This document shows, one piece after another, positions 46,223 through 56,160 of a DNA stretch of 64,000 nucleotides. The stretch lies in sequence record MF158046; one strand, written 5' to 3'. The translations under genes were made by a program, and so were the position numbers. The notes below the pieces were generated by a model. The model was not told where the DNA came from, did no database searches, and saw nothing but the letters and a program-made list of their open reading frames with translations. The DNA comes from Shigella phage Sf23. How positions within the stretch are numbered: the first letter of the stretch is position 1; every line of letters starts with the position of its first letter.

Positions 46223-46500
46223 TATTCTTTAAATCTAATCAATTTATTCATAGACTTTGAAACTTCTGCACGAACCTCATGTAGATTTTTGAGCTGTTCA
46301 AGACGCTGCGTATAGTAAGCAATTTCATCTTCTTCGAGACAGTCCTGTGAATCTTCTTTAAGATAACGCGCATAATCCTGGAAAGCTTTACGGACTACTT
46401 CCTGGAAGTCATCAAGACTTTGAATTTTCTTAGGAGCGGCAGATACACGACGAGGTGCAGTATAATACTCATAACCAAACCCTGCGCTTAATTGAGCCAT
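46222..46500 (-). CDS. hypothetical protein (vs.3 position)
   Basis: ORF; start trimmed to internal ATG abutting upstream stop. Confidence 0.45.
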   Translation of the reverse strand: MAQLSAGFGYEYYTAPRRVSAAPKKIQSLDDFQEVVRKAFQDYARYLKEDSQDCLEEDEIAYYTQRLEQLKNLHEVRAEVSKSMNKLIRFKE

Positions 46501-46802
46501 TAGTATTTTTCCTCTGGTTGGAACACTGCGCGACAAGCCCACATACTAGCTTCTTTGAGTTTCGTTTTAGCAATAGTTAACTGATCGAGGCTTTCAGCAT
46601 AATTCTTCGCGAGTTCATCATCTTCACAGCTATCGAATGCTTCCCAGAATTCATCGTATAAAGCATCAAAGATAAGTCCTAAACGAACTTCAGCGTCTTT
46701 GATAGCATTCACTTTACCGATTTTCTCTTCAGTATGCGGCTTATAACCTTTAATGTCTTCAATCATATTTGACTTCCTCACCAGTACATAAATCATATTC
46801 AA
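46500..46802 (-). CDS. hypothetical small helical protein (vs.4 position; candidate Acb2-type cyclic-nucleotide sponge by synteny only)
   Basis: ORF at the position of T4 vs.4; true start may be the internal ATG (~88 aa). Confidence 0.45.
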   Translation of the reverse strand: MNMIYVLVRKSNMIEDIKGYKPHTEEKIGKVNAIKDAEVRLGLIFDALYDEFWEAFDSCEDDELAKNYAESLDQLTIAKTKLKEASMWACRAVFQPEEKY

Positions 46803-46980
46803 CTAAACGAATAGGTTCATGAATGCCATATCCTTGAACAGAAATTTCTGTCGTAGGATAAATTCCATCAATATCACCCATATTCCAGGCTTCATTAAAT
46901 TGCTGTTCGCCTGAATTACTAAACCACTCGGCGAAAGCATTTAGCACATCTTTAGAACCTTCAATAATTATCTTTGCCAT
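46759..46980 (-). CDS. hypothetical protein (73 aa)
   Basis: ORF coupled to neighbours. Confidence 0.45.
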   Translation of the reverse strand: MAKIIIEGSKDVLNAFAEWFSNSGEQQFNEAWNMGDIDGIYPTTEISVQGYGIHEPIRLVEYDLCTGEEVKYD

Positions 46981-47342
46981 TACAAACTCTCAGTAAAGGT
47001 ACGAGCGATAACGTCGCGCTGCTGTTCCGGAGTCAGAGAGTTAAAGCGAACTGCATATCCGGATACACGGATGGTCAGCTGCGGATATTTTTCCGGATGC
47101 TTAACTGCATCTTCCAGAGTTTCGCGACGCAGAACGTTAACGTTCAGGTGTTGACCACCTTCAATTTTAACTGTAGGCTGTGGCTCAATTTCAATTTCAC
47201 GGGCATGCAAACCATAGAAAATTTCTGGGTCTACAAAAGAGTCCTCTTTAAAGGTTTTAGAAACGATAATTCGTGCTTGAATACCATCTTCAAAATAAAT
47301 AGTACCTTTATGTGTGCCTTCAAGAATTTGATATGCTTTCAT
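46980..47342 (-). CDS. autonomous glycyl radical cofactor (GrcA/YfiD-like)
   Basis: 120 aa; C-terminal half [60 protein letters not shown] carries the glycyl radical motif RVSGY and matches E. coli GrcA as recalled. Confidence 0.85.
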   Translation of the reverse strand: MKAYQILEGTHKGTIYFEDGIQARIIVSKTFKEDSFVDPEIFYGLHAREIEIEPQPTVKIEGGQHLNVNVLRRETLEDAVKHPEKYPQLTIRVSGYAVRFNSLTPEQQRDVIARTFTESL

Positions 47343-47349
47343 ATAAACC

Positions 47350-47679
47350 TCAATTAGAAAATAAATTTATCCAAGATTGTTCTTTAATTAAAAACGGCTC
47401 AGAATCATATGCCATTAAACTTTGGGTAATTAATCCTTTAAAAGGTCCATCAATAAATTCCATGGTAAAATATGGAATTTTATTCATTAACTGCGCGTTA
47501 GGAGCAGTGCACAAAACTCTGCATCCTTTGAATACGCCTTTTTGTAATTTGTATTGCTTGGGATAAAATTCGCTCAAAATGTTATTATTTGCCAAAATTT
47601 CAAAATGATTCACCAATTTATTTTTAATAGTTTTTGGCGAAAAATAAAGATATTCGAAAAGCTGTGTGTCTGTCATCAT
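47350..47679 (-). CDS. hypothetical protein (109 aa)
   Basis: ORF. Confidence 0.45.
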   Translation of the reverse strand: MMTDTQLFEYLYFSPKTIKNKLVNHFEILANNNILSEFYPKQYKLQKGVFKGCRVLCTAPNAQLMNKIPYFTMEFIDGPFKGLITQSLMAYDSEPFLIKEQSWINLFSN

Positions 47680-48266
47680 TGCATTCCAACCACAAAAAAT
47701 TGAGGACGAACTGTTTCACCTGTTTCAGCATTATAGCTTCGACAACAGTGTTGTACCGTTTTAATATGGATATTGTAAATCTTATCCATATCAGGAGCTT
47801 TAATAGGTTCGTCAATTATGTACAAGATACGAGAAAGCGATAACCCACGGAATTTATGACCTTCATTACCGATAAAACTACGGACAGAATCAGTAAATAA
47901 ACGGAATCGAATATCATCATTAGAATAACGCGAAAATTCCTTTTTAATGTTATTTGCAGAAATTTTAGCGTAAGCTGAAGTATTAGAAAGAACAATAACT
48001 GTTCCGCCATCATACAGCCAATTAGCAGCAAAGTTAGTCACAGCAATTGATTTACCGGATTGACGTCCACCATCTATACGAAGTGTGCAGTACTGTTTGA
48101 GCACATCTTCCATTGGTGGAAGATAATCATTCTTACAAATTTCTTCTACTCTAGCATCAGAATGGTGTGTAAAAGCATTCATCAGGGATAGATAAGGACC
48201 AGTTAAAAATGTTCTCATTTTATTCTCTCTAAGTTTGGGCCATTCCGTGGCGCATGAATTGTCCAT
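47676..48266 (-). CDS. P-loop NTPase-like protein (196 aa)
   Basis: Walker A-like GGRQSGKS and Walker B-like ILYIIDEP. Confidence 0.5.
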   Translation of the reverse strand: MDNSCATEWPKLRENKMRTFLTGPYLSLMNAFTHHSDARVEEICKNDYLPPMEDVLKQYCTLRIDGGRQSGKSIAVTNFAANWLYDGGTVIVLSNTSAYAKISANNIKKEFSRYSNDDIRFRLFTDSVRSFIGNEGHKFRGLSLSRILYIIDEPIKAPDMDKIYNIHIKTVQHCCRSYNAETGETVRPQFFVVGMQ

Positions 48267-48359
48267 TTCTGTATTTACCCATTACCGCACTTGGGCTCGA
48301 CCTTATCACAGGTTGGCGGGAATCCCTCACAGAATCATGAGGTCCAGGTTGTTCCCATA

Positions 48360-48833
48360 TTATTTGAACGATTTAACGTACTGAATAGAACCCTTACTAT
48401 TCACAAAGGCAATTTTACCATTTTTATTATACATGGTAGCAGTACGCTGATAACCATAGGTTTGTTTACCAGATTGATAACCAACTAATGCAAAATTATC
48501 TTCACCCATTTTATTCTGTTTAGCGCGAATGCGTTCATGACCATGTGCCATAAGAACCTTAGCATCACCAGTTGCAATGGATCGACGAGTTTTTTCATCT
48601 TCAACTGCATTAACAAAGTCGTCAAATGAATCAAATTTAGCATGAGATTTATTATACAATTTTCCATCTACTGCATAATTATATCCCTGTACATCCATTT
48701 CAACTTCTGTACCATCATCCAATACAGCAGTAATTTTTTGACCTTTTTTAAATTTCAAAAGATCAGTAAAAGATTCAGCAATAATTTGAGAATTAATAGC
48801 TGCTTCAGTGATAAATTCTTGATATGTTTTCAT
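48360..48833 (-). CDS. internal-protein-like capsid protein with capsid targeting sequence (157 aa)
   Basis: N-terminus MKTYQEFITE matches T4 IP capsid-targeting consensus with I-x-E prohead-protease site; basic body. Confidence 0.6.
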   Translation of the reverse strand: MKTYQEFITEAAINSQIIAESFTDLLKFKKGQKITAVLDDGTEVEMDVQGYNYAVDGKLYNKSHAKFDSFDDFVNAVEDEKTRRSIATGDAKVLMAHGHERIRAKQNKMGEDNFALVGYQSGKQTYGYQRTATMYNKNGKIAFVNSKGSIQYVKSFK

Positions 48834-48842
48834 GGGTTTCCT

Positions 48843-49259
48843 TTAAATGTAAATATTTTTACCGTAATACTTATACCAATGTGGTTTCATTAAAATTTTT
48901 TCATCAAGTCGTTGTTGACTCAATTTAATAGCTGATTTGCATGGATTATAATCATTTTTCCATTCTATTGGAATATCGCTGATGTCAGGAACTTCAGTAT
49001 CTTTTATACTGAACCCGCGTTTTAAGCATTCCGTTATAATGTCTAATTGACGCTTTCGCAAAAATTCTAACTTATCGTAAAAGAACGTAACATGACCAGA
49101 ACCTAAAATAAACTCGGAAGATATTTTAAAATCTTTAACGCGCTTACCGTTTGCCACATGCTTACGAACTATACCAAAAACACGCGGCAATTCACGGTAT
49201 TCTGCGATTAAATGTTGATCAGCAAGTTCAGATACTAAAGTCAAATTAATACGAGTCAT
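48843..49259 (-). CDS. denV: endonuclease V (pyrimidine dimer DNA glycosylase) DenV
   Basis: 138 aa; N-terminus [28 protein letters not shown] matches recalled T4 endoV. Confidence 0.92.
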   Translation of the reverse strand: MTRINLTLVSELADQHLIAEYRELPRVFGIVRKHVANGKRVKDFKISSEFILGSGHVTFFYDKLEFLRKRQLDIITECLKRGFSIKDTEVPDISDIPIEWKNDYNPCKSAIKLSQQRLDEKILMKPHWYKYYGKNIYI

Positions 49260-49277
49260 TTTATCCCTCCAAGTAAC

Positions 49278-49318
49278 TGTGAATATACTATCACAATTCT
49301 AGGAGAAAGTAAACAACT
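49278..49318 (-). promoter_or_regulatory. early-type promoter upstream of denV
   Basis: GTTTAC (rc 49309..49314) with -10-like element near 49283..49291. Confidence 0.45.
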
Positions 49319-50287
<969 letters not shown>

Positions 50288-50306
<19 letters not shown>

Positions 50307-50776
50307 TCAGTGATAAAGTTATTTAAATTTTGAGTATATTTCTTTTCATCAAAAATCTTTTGTTGTCTGCGTAGCCGCCATGGCATTTCAATGAACGTGT
50401 ACCATATCCCAGATAATATTGCTGCAGTAAAAATATTAACAAGTATGGTTAAAAGAATCCAATCTCCTATTCTGTCCATTGGATTTTTTATAAAAAAGTA
50501 AAATACGAATGATGTCACAGGAAGACTAATAATATACCACAGAATCATAATTTTATCTGTGAACCAATCAGCGTTCGTTAACTTAGCGCGACCATTATGA
50601 ATACACACGAATTTATCATCTGTTATAATAGATGGCTTAGCTGCTTGATATCCCATTCTAAACTCCCTAATCAACAAATTTTTCATATCTTCGGAACAAC
50701 CATTCCAGTCAACTCTATCAACTGAAATGCCATCATCCCCATCATCTAAATCATACCAGCGAGTTTTTAAAATCAT
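50288..50776 (-). CDS. membrane protein, CRK[IL]K-tail paralog (162 aa)
   Basis: TM helices; C-terminus NFITECRKLK. Confidence 0.5.
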
Positions 50777-51147
50777 TTAATTTTCCTACAATCACTCACA
50801 AACTCTTCCATTGATTCTTTTTCAATATAAGACATGTAGCTATTATATTCCTTTAATTGTATTTTGTAATCCTTTTTTCTTTGCCAATTTATTTTAAAAT
50901 TATCATAATGAAAATATAACATTGTACCAAAGAATGAAAATAATGAAATCGCTATAGTATAATGAAGTTCACTCCAAACTTCTATTATATCTATTATACC
51001 GCTGACGTTACTACGGATGTTTAAAATAAGACAGTCAATTAACAATCCAAAAAGACTACCCGCAAGAGCTGCAGCCAACGCTACAGCAAAAATTAAAAAT
51101 GACTCAGGAAGAGAATATTTGACTTTATTTAGTTTTGGCTTTTGCAT
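50773..51147 (-). CDS. membrane protein, CRK[IL]K-tail paralog (124 aa)
   Basis: TM helices; C-terminus EEFVSDCRKIK. Confidence 0.5.
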   Translation of the reverse strand: MQKPKLNKVKYSLPESFLIFAVALAAALAGSLFGLLIDCLILNIRSNVSGIIDIIEVWSELHYTIAISLFSFFGTMLYFHYDNFKINWQRKKDYKIQLKEYNSYMSYIEKESMEEFVSDCRKIK

Positions 51148-51542
51148 CGTGATTCCTTAACAAATTTCATAATTTCATCAAATTCATGCGCAGCAAGTTT
51201 AAGCTGATGTTCCTTTTTAATCTTTTTACACTGAGCTTTCCAATCACGTACACGTTTACGATAGTGTCTTCCTTGATACCAATATCCTATCCAATTTATA
51301 GGTACTAATAAAAGCGGAACTACCAACGGAAGAATTAGTGTTGCTCCAAATATTGCACCAGATTCAATATCAGTCATAACGTCTATAACCATTCCAGCAA
51401 TCACCAGAATCACAAATGATACAACTACCACAGGACCTATTAACACATCAGTAGAAATTATCTGACGCTTTAATTCATACTTCAACGGTTTACTTGGAAG
51501 GTATAGTGATGGTTTTGACATATTCTCTACATTCCTTAACAA
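51129..51542 (-). CDS. membrane protein, related paralog (137 aa)
   Basis: TM helices; C-terminal region WKAQCKKIKKEH... Confidence 0.5.
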   Translation of the reverse strand: MLRNVENMSKPSLYLPSKPLKYELKRQIISTDVLIGPVVVVSFVILVIAGMVIDVMTDIESGAIFGATLILPLVVPLLLVPINWIGYWYQGRHYRKRVRDWKAQCKKIKKEHQLKLAAHEFDEIMKFVKESRCKSQN

Positions 51543-52095
51543 ATTTTTCTAATAATAAATCGCTTTCAAAATTGGGATTTTCTACGAATTTATCAAAAAG
51601 ATCATCGACAATAGTTAAGATATTCTTTTTACTAAGAATACGTTTATTTTCATGCTTCGTTTCAGAATCAACTATAAGAGTAAAGAAATATTTCTTGCCC
51701 TGAAATTTTACAGTAGTATCAATATAGAATAAATTTGACTTTTGTAAATTACGTTTAAACCATGCATCACTTAAACTATAAACGCCAAGATAATCATAAT
51801 CGTCGTTTAAATAACAGACCGTCCATTCAGGAGAAACAAAATCAGTAAATTCAACGTCAAAATCGCATGTTAATAAATGAATTGATTCAATACTGTTAAT
51901 AAGTATTCCAGGACGTATTAAAGACTTTTTACCTTTATAAAATCCAGAAAGACTTTCATCAGTTTCATATGAAGAACCCCAATAATAATTACGTCCTTCT
52001 GCCATACGTTTAAGAGCATTTAATAATTGGTCTGGAACATCAACCTGTCTTTGGAACTCTTCAAACATTGAATTGAAATCACTTTGCATTTTCAT
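51490..52095 (-). CDS. hypothetical protein (201 aa)
   Basis: ORF; C-terminus EKFVKECREYVK resembles tail motif of downstream membrane paralogs. Confidence 0.5.
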   Translation of the reverse strand: MKMQSDFNSMFEEFQRQVDVPDQLLNALKRMAEGRNYYWGSSYETDESLSGFYKGKKSLIRPGILINSIESIHLLTCDFDVEFTDFVSPEWTVCYLNDDYDYLGVYSLSDAWFKRNLQKSNLFYIDTTVKFQGKKYFFTLIVDSETKHENKRILSKKNILTIVDDLFDKFVENPNFESDLLLEKFVKECREYVKTITIPSK

Positions 52096-52116
52096 TCCTA
52101 CTTACTCCAAGTAATA

Positions 52117-52130
52117 GGGGCCGAAGCCCC
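52117..52130 (-). terminator. hairpin (UUCG loop) after ORF 52137..52730
   Basis: GGGGCTTCGGCCCC followed by TATTACTT. Confidence 0.5.
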
Positions 52131-52136
52131 TTATCA

Positions 52137-52730
52137 TTATTTCAGAGAATTAATATATTCCTGAACATCGGCAGAGGTAGTTTCAACCCCAGAAATATTA
52201 CCATTAAAGGTTTCAACTCGAGCAAGAGTATCTTCAATATCAACCTTAGTCAGTGCTGCAATTTCAACTACATCATCAGCAGTACTAATTCCAAGGGCAT
52301 TCGCGGCGCGAGTTTCACGGATATATTCCAATTTAACTGCAAGTTCTTGGCGAGCATCATCTAACTCAACTACTTTCTTGGCGATTTCAATTCGCATTTC
52401 AGCATAACCATCAGCTTTAGTAGTCAACTGCTCAGCTGTTCGACGATATAGTAAACCAAGTTTAGCATGCATTGTTACATCTTGACCTTCCGAAAGGAGC
52501 TTGCGAATTTCACGCTCTTTTGATTCGGCCTGCTTATTCTTTTCAACAATAAGTTCACGAATACGCTTTTCTTCATTAATAGATTTAACAGAAGCAGTTT
52601 TTAGATCTTTAATTTTATCAAGCAATTTTGCTGCTGCGGCAGTATACTGCTCTTCAACAGATAGATTTTTAGCCATAGCAGAACCAAGTTTAGTGCGAAT
52701 AAACTCAACAATTTTCTTCAGTGTGTTCAT
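52137..52730 (-). CDS. coiled-coil protein, weak PspA/IM30-like (197 aa)
   Basis: Long heptad-like helices; DTLARVE segment resembles PspA. Tentative. Confidence 0.45.
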
Positions 52731-52773
52731 AGTATTTCCTTAGGTTGATTAGAAATTAAAATCTGCAGAAGAA

Positions 52774-53307
52774 TTATATCATGCTACTTAAGAGATGTAA
52801 ACTATTTTTAATTTTACAAATTCGTTCAGCTTCTTCAACAGCGGCAGTGATAATGCTTTTAGCTATAGGAGTACTAATACTAGTAGCTTTTACACTTAAC
52901 ACGATTTCTTTATCTTTACCAGGCCAACCCCACGATTTTTCACCATGGGTGCCTTTAATTACAGCAGACACCTCAAGTGAGCATCCATTATCGCATGTTT
53001 TTACATTAACAACCCAAGTGTCACTTTTCTCAACCGGTTTATCCCAGTAAATATTAAGAATACGTGGAACATCAAATTTAGCAGGGCAAATCTTAACCGT
53101 AAGACCTTCGCTTTCTAGCCAATTAATAAGAGGGCGTTCATACATGCGGCGATGTGGGCTTTGAACTCGACAAGCTTTGTACCCATTGCTTGCGGCTTCA
53201 CTAAGCTCTTCTAATACCTGCTTTTGCATTATTGATAAGATACCATCAAAAGATTTTTCGGAAGTTTCATTCAGTTCGGTATAAAGAGACATAACAGTTT
53301 TCCTCAA
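52774..53307 (-). CDS. hypothetical protein (177 aa)
   Basis: ORF, no motif. Confidence 0.5.
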   Translation of the reverse strand: MRKTVMSLYTELNETSEKSFDGILSIMQKQVLEELSEAASNGYKACRVQSPHRRMYERPLINWLESEGLTVKICPAKFDVPRILNIYWDKPVEKSDTWVVNVKTCDNGCSLEVSAVIKGTHGEKSWGWPGKDKEIVLSVKATSISTPIAKSIITAAVEEAERICKIKNSLHLLSSMI

Positions 53308-53348
53308 ATTATAGGCTCATAATATCTCAATCATGAGCCTATGTAAAC

Positions 53349-53612
53349 TTATTTCATATTATTGAAATATTCTTCTGCGATTTCGTCGTTATCATGGTAA
53401 ACTTTAGAAGACAGTTTAACATAACCTTCAGCAGTGAACATGTTAATCACAACCTTTACAGTATACCACTGACCATCTTCATTACCCATTACTGCATAGG
53501 TTTCAAACATCGGATGATCAGGACCGATAACTTTAATATCATTCACCGTACGACCGAAATCTTCTGAAACACATTTCATAAAGAAGTTGAACAGTTCGCC
53601 GTAATTATCCAT
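53349..53612 (-). CDS. hypothetical protein (87 aa from first ATG)
   Basis: Track ORF reads through early promoter (TIQLSTT artefact); true start taken as MDNYGELF. Confidence 0.45.
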   Translation of the reverse strand: MDNYGELFNFFMKCVSEDFGRTVNDIKVIGPDHPMFETYAVMGNEDGQWYTVKVVINMFTAEGYVKLSSKVYHDNDEIAEEYFNNMK

Positions 53613-53649
53613 TTCATTCTCCAAGTTGTTTTCTGTATCAGTAGTTGAT

Positions 53650-53690
53650 AGTTGTATAGTACCATGGAAGGACAAGGATGTAAACCGTTT
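53650..53690 (-). promoter_or_regulatory. early-type promoter, conserved extended family
   Basis: GTAAACCGTTTTGTGAAAAAATTTTTT and GTTGATAGTTGTATAGTACCA on plus; near-identical to the 11205 copy. Confidence 0.55.
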
Positions 53691-53820
53691 TGTGAAAAAA
53701 TTTTTTAAAAAGTTTTAGGGAATTCTAGGGCAGGGAGGGGCAATTAAAAGATAGGATAATATATTATAAAGGGTAGAAACTAAATGATGCCTAGAGAGGC
53801 CTGGAAAGGCCTAGATACCA

Positions 53821-53847
53821 AAAAGCCCCAACCTTTCGGCTAGGGCT
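53821..53847 (-). terminator. rho-independent terminator after internal-protein-like gene
   Basis: AGCCCTAGCCGAAAGGTTGGGGC followed by TTTTT; near-duplicate of the 54375..54402 copy. Confidence 0.65.
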
Positions 53848-53854
53848 AAGAATG

Positions 53855-54328
53855 TTATTTGATTTGTTTAGCAGACCAAATGCGGTCTTTAATAATTTTT
53901 TGAATGTCTTCAACATACTCAAGAGAGTGAGCATGTGGGTTATCTTTGAAACTATAAGCACGAGCTAGTTTTTGGCCTTCAGTTTTGATTACTAAAAGCT
54001 CTTTAAGGATAGCTTCATATTTGGAGATAATTCCTTTAACGATATTTTTCTCTTGTGTGACTTTAGGATCTGCTTTAGGAGCAGGTTTACCCGAAGCCTT
54101 TGCAAAAGCAGCGCCAGTAGCAACTAAACTTTTCCAGGCCATACTAACTGCATTTCCCGTAAATCCTTCCGCTTTCATGTCACGTGCGAACTGGAATCGT
54201 GATTCATCAGAAGCATCTTTGTAAGAATATTTACCCGCTGCAATGGCTGCTTTTGCGACAGCTTGAATTTCGGTGCTAGACGCTTCATTTAACACCGCTT
54301 CATTTAAAAATTGAGTATATGATTTCAT
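53855..54328 (-). CDS. internal-protein-like capsid protein with capsid targeting sequence (157 aa)
   Basis: N-terminus MKSYTQFLNE (CTS-like, L-x-E site); own late promoter (54365..54372) and flanking twin terminators. Confidence 0.6.
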   Translation of the reverse strand: MKSYTQFLNEAVLNEASSTEIQAVAKAAIAAGKYSYKDASDESRFQFARDMKAEGFTGNAVSMAWKSLVATGAAFAKASGKPAPKADPKVTQEKNIVKGIISKYEAILKELLVIKTEGQKLARAYSFKDNPHAHSLEYVEDIQKIIKDRIWSAKQIK

Positions 54329-54364
54329 CTTATTTCCTGTTTTAATTTGTAGATTTAATATACT

Positions 54365-54372
54365 TATTTATA
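54365..54372 (-). promoter_or_regulatory. late promoter for internal-protein-like gene 53855..54328
   Basis: rc is TATAAATA, about 36 nt upstream of the ATG, just downstream of a terminator hairpin. Confidence 0.6.
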
Positions 54373-54374
54373 CT

Positions 54375-54402
54375 AAAAAGCCCCAACCTTTCGGCTGGGG
54401 CT
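54375..54402 (-). terminator. rho-independent terminator closing the tRNA/stable RNA operon
   Basis: AGCCCCAGCCGAAAGGTTGGGGC followed by TTTTT. Confidence 0.65.
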
Positions 54403-54718
54403 AAGCCTTGCGGCAACCTTGTCGGGGTTCCACCTGCTAAGGCAAGTGTTTGTACGAAACGCCGGGATTCGAACCCGGTTATCAAGCAGTTGACGCTACT
54501 CAATATTTTTAAAAGGCCATATCTCGACCATATCCGAACGTTCCGTCAAAAACGCTACTCGGCTTACGGCAAAGATATTTCCTCGAATCGATAATTCGGT
54601 GCGCCGTTTCTGCTGTGATGTAAGGGGGCATTAACCGATCGTAAAGATTTGTTAATGCCAGTCCTTACCCAGGGAACATCAGTCCGACGACTTACCGGTA
54701 GCGACCCGGCTTCTTGTT
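54403..54718 (-). ncRNA. candidate small stable RNA region (T4 species 1/2 rnaC/rnaD-like)
   Basis: ~316 nt non-coding stretch between tRNA-Arg and a terminator, GC-richer than surroundings, with a tRNA-like T-arm CCGGGTTCGAATCCCGG (rc of 54460..54476). Ends not determined. Confidence 0.35.
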
Positions 54719-54794
54719 TGGTCGAGGCAGTAGGGATCGAACCTACGACCTAGGACTTAGAAGGTCCTTGCTCTTCCTTCTGAGCTATGCCTCG
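54719..54794 (-). tRNA. tRNA-Arg (anticodon UCU)
   Basis: Hand-folded cloverleaf: acceptor CGAGGCA/TGCCTCG, anticodon loop CTTCTAA, T-loop GGTTCGATCC, CCA encoded. Confidence 0.8.
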
Positions 54795-54798
54795 TATT

Positions 54799-54873
54799 TG
54801 GCGGACGTGATAGGATTCGAACCTATAACCAATCGCTTAACAGGCGATCGCTCTGCCATTGAGCTACACATCC
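54799..54873 (-). tRNA. tRNA-Asn (anticodon GUU)
   Basis: Hand-folded: acceptor GGATGTG/CACGTCC, anticodon stem ATCGC/GCGAT with loop CTGTTAA, T-loop GGTTCGAATCC, CCA encoded. Confidence 0.75.
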
Positions 54874-54877
54874 AAAT

Positions 54878-54964
54878 TGGTGGGGAGTGATGGAGTCGAA
54901 CCACCCGAGTCGCAATGACAATGGATTTACAGTCCACACCGCTACCTCTACGGGATAACTCCCC
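54878..54964 (-). tRNA. tRNA-Tyr (anticodon GUA), class II with long variable arm
   Basis: Hand-folded: acceptor GGGGAGT/ACTCCCC, anticodon loop CTGTAAA, long variable arm GTCATTGCGACTCGG, T-loop TTCGACT, CCA encoded; resembles E. coli tRNA-Tyr. Confidence 0.75.
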
Positions 54965-54976
54965 TAATTCATAATT

Positions 54977-55051
54977 TGGTGGCCCTGGGTGGAATTGAAC
55001 CACCATCTGGCGATTATGAGTCGCTTGCTTGAACCTTCCAGCTACAGGGCC
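54977..55051 (-). tRNA. tRNA with CAU anticodon (Ile2/Met type; T4 tRNA-Ile position)
   Basis: Hand-folded: acceptor GGCCCTG/CAGGGCC, anticodon loop CTCATAA, T-loop GGTTCAATTCC, CCA encoded; 1 nt from tRNA-Thr. Confidence 0.75.
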
Positions 55052-55052
55052 T

Positions 55053-55128
55053 TGGTGCTGATTGACGGAATCGAACCGCCGACCTTCTCATTACAAGTGA
55101 GTTGCTCTACCTACTGAGCTAAATCAGC
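55053..55128 (-). tRNA. tRNA-Thr (anticodon UGU)
   Basis: Acceptor GCTGATT/AATCAGC, anticodon loop CTTGTAA, T-loop GGTTCGATTCC, CCA encoded. Confidence 0.8.
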
Positions 55129-55133
55129 AAAAC

Positions 55134-55223
55134 TGGCGGAGGCGATAGGATTTGAACCTATGAGTCGCCGGAGCGACTGCCGGTTTTCAAGACCGGTGCA
55201 TTAAACCACTCTGCCACGCCTCC
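55134..55223 (-). tRNA. tRNA-Ser (anticodon UGA), class II
   Basis: Acceptor GGAGGCG/CGCCTCC, anticodon loop CTTGAAA, long variable arm, T-loop GGTTCAAATCC, CCA encoded. Confidence 0.8.
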
Positions 55224-55225
55224 AG

Positions 55226-55299
55226 TCTCCATACAAGGATTTGAACCTTGGACCTCCTGATCCCAAATCAGGCGCTCTACCAAACTGAGCTACACGGAG
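55226..55299 (-). tRNA. tRNA-Pro (anticodon UGG)
   Basis: Acceptor CTCCGTG/TATGGAG, anticodon loop TTTGGGA, T-loop GGTTCAAATCC; no encoded CCA; 2 nt from tRNA-Ser. Confidence 0.8.
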
Positions 55300-55309
55300 T
55301 AAATTAAAT

Positions 55310-55383
<74 letters not shown>

Positions 55384-55388
55384 AAATT

Positions 55389-55475
55389 TGGTGCGAGAAG
55401 TGGGACTCGAACCCACAAGGAAATCATTCCGCAGCATTTTAAGTGCTGTGCCTTTACCAATTTGACCATTCTCGC
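55389..55475 (-). tRNA. tRNA-Leu (anticodon UAA), class II
   Basis: Acceptor GCGAGAA/TTCTCGC, anticodon loop CTTAAAA, long variable arm, T-loop GGTTCGAGTCC, CCA encoded. Confidence 0.8.
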
Positions 55476-55476
55476 G

Positions 55477-55549
55477 CTGGGAATAAAGGACTCGAACCTT
55501 TGCATCCTGGAATCAAAATCCAGTGCCTTACCAACTTGGCTAATTCCCA
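55477..55549 (-). tRNA. tRNA-Gln (anticodon UUG)
   Basis: Acceptor TGGGAAT/ATTCCCA, anticodon loop TTTTGAT, T-loop GGTTCGAGTCC; no encoded CCA; 1 nt from tRNA-Leu. Confidence 0.8.
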
Positions 55550-55635
55550 ATTATTAACAAAGGCTCTCAAGCAAGAACCCTTGATGATAGAGGGTATTAA
55601 TCAGTGCGGTATGAGTTAATAATAACAAATAATTC

Positions 55636-56160
55636 TTAAAGCAAATTAAACATTTTAACAGTCGGCAAAACAATTTCTTTTTCTATATAAGAGTATTTAA
55701 CACTCTCAACTACACGCAAAAAATCATAATCATAATACTCAGAAGCATTACCTAAAATATTAATAAGTCCTTCAAGCACTTTATTACCGTTCACAAAGAA
55801 TAAGTCAAATACACGTTCTTCATCTTCTTCGGATTTATTACCAAGGTCAACTTCTATATCAAAGACCTTTTTAATGAATTCTGGATAAAGTTGTTCTGAG
55901 AACAGTCCTTCAACCAAGTATTCATAAATAAAAAGCGATTGCTCGCTGAACAAGCCATTACCACAATAACGTTCAACTTTTGTGCTAGAATGTCTGCTTT
56001 TAAACTTCTTTAAAAGATATTGGAATTGTAAGATTTCATGCTCTTCTACACCAAACAGTGTTTTAGTTTTATAGTTGTCACCATCATTTTCCCAGGTAGT
56101 GACATCAATTACGTAACCCTGCGGAATTGTAGTACCTAAACAAATATTCATTTTCACCAC
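55636..56160 (-). CDS. hypothetical protein (174 aa)
   Basis: ORF upstream of tRNA cluster. Confidence 0.5.
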   Translation of the reverse strand: MVKMNICLGTTIPQGYVIDVTTWENDGDNYKTKTLFGVEEHEILQFQYLLKKFKSRHSSTKVERYCGNGLFSEQSLFIYEYLVEGLFSEQLYPEFIKKVFDIEVDLGNKSEEDEERVFDLFFVNGNKVLEGLINILGNASEYYDYDFLRVVESVKYSYIEKEIVLPTVKMFNLL

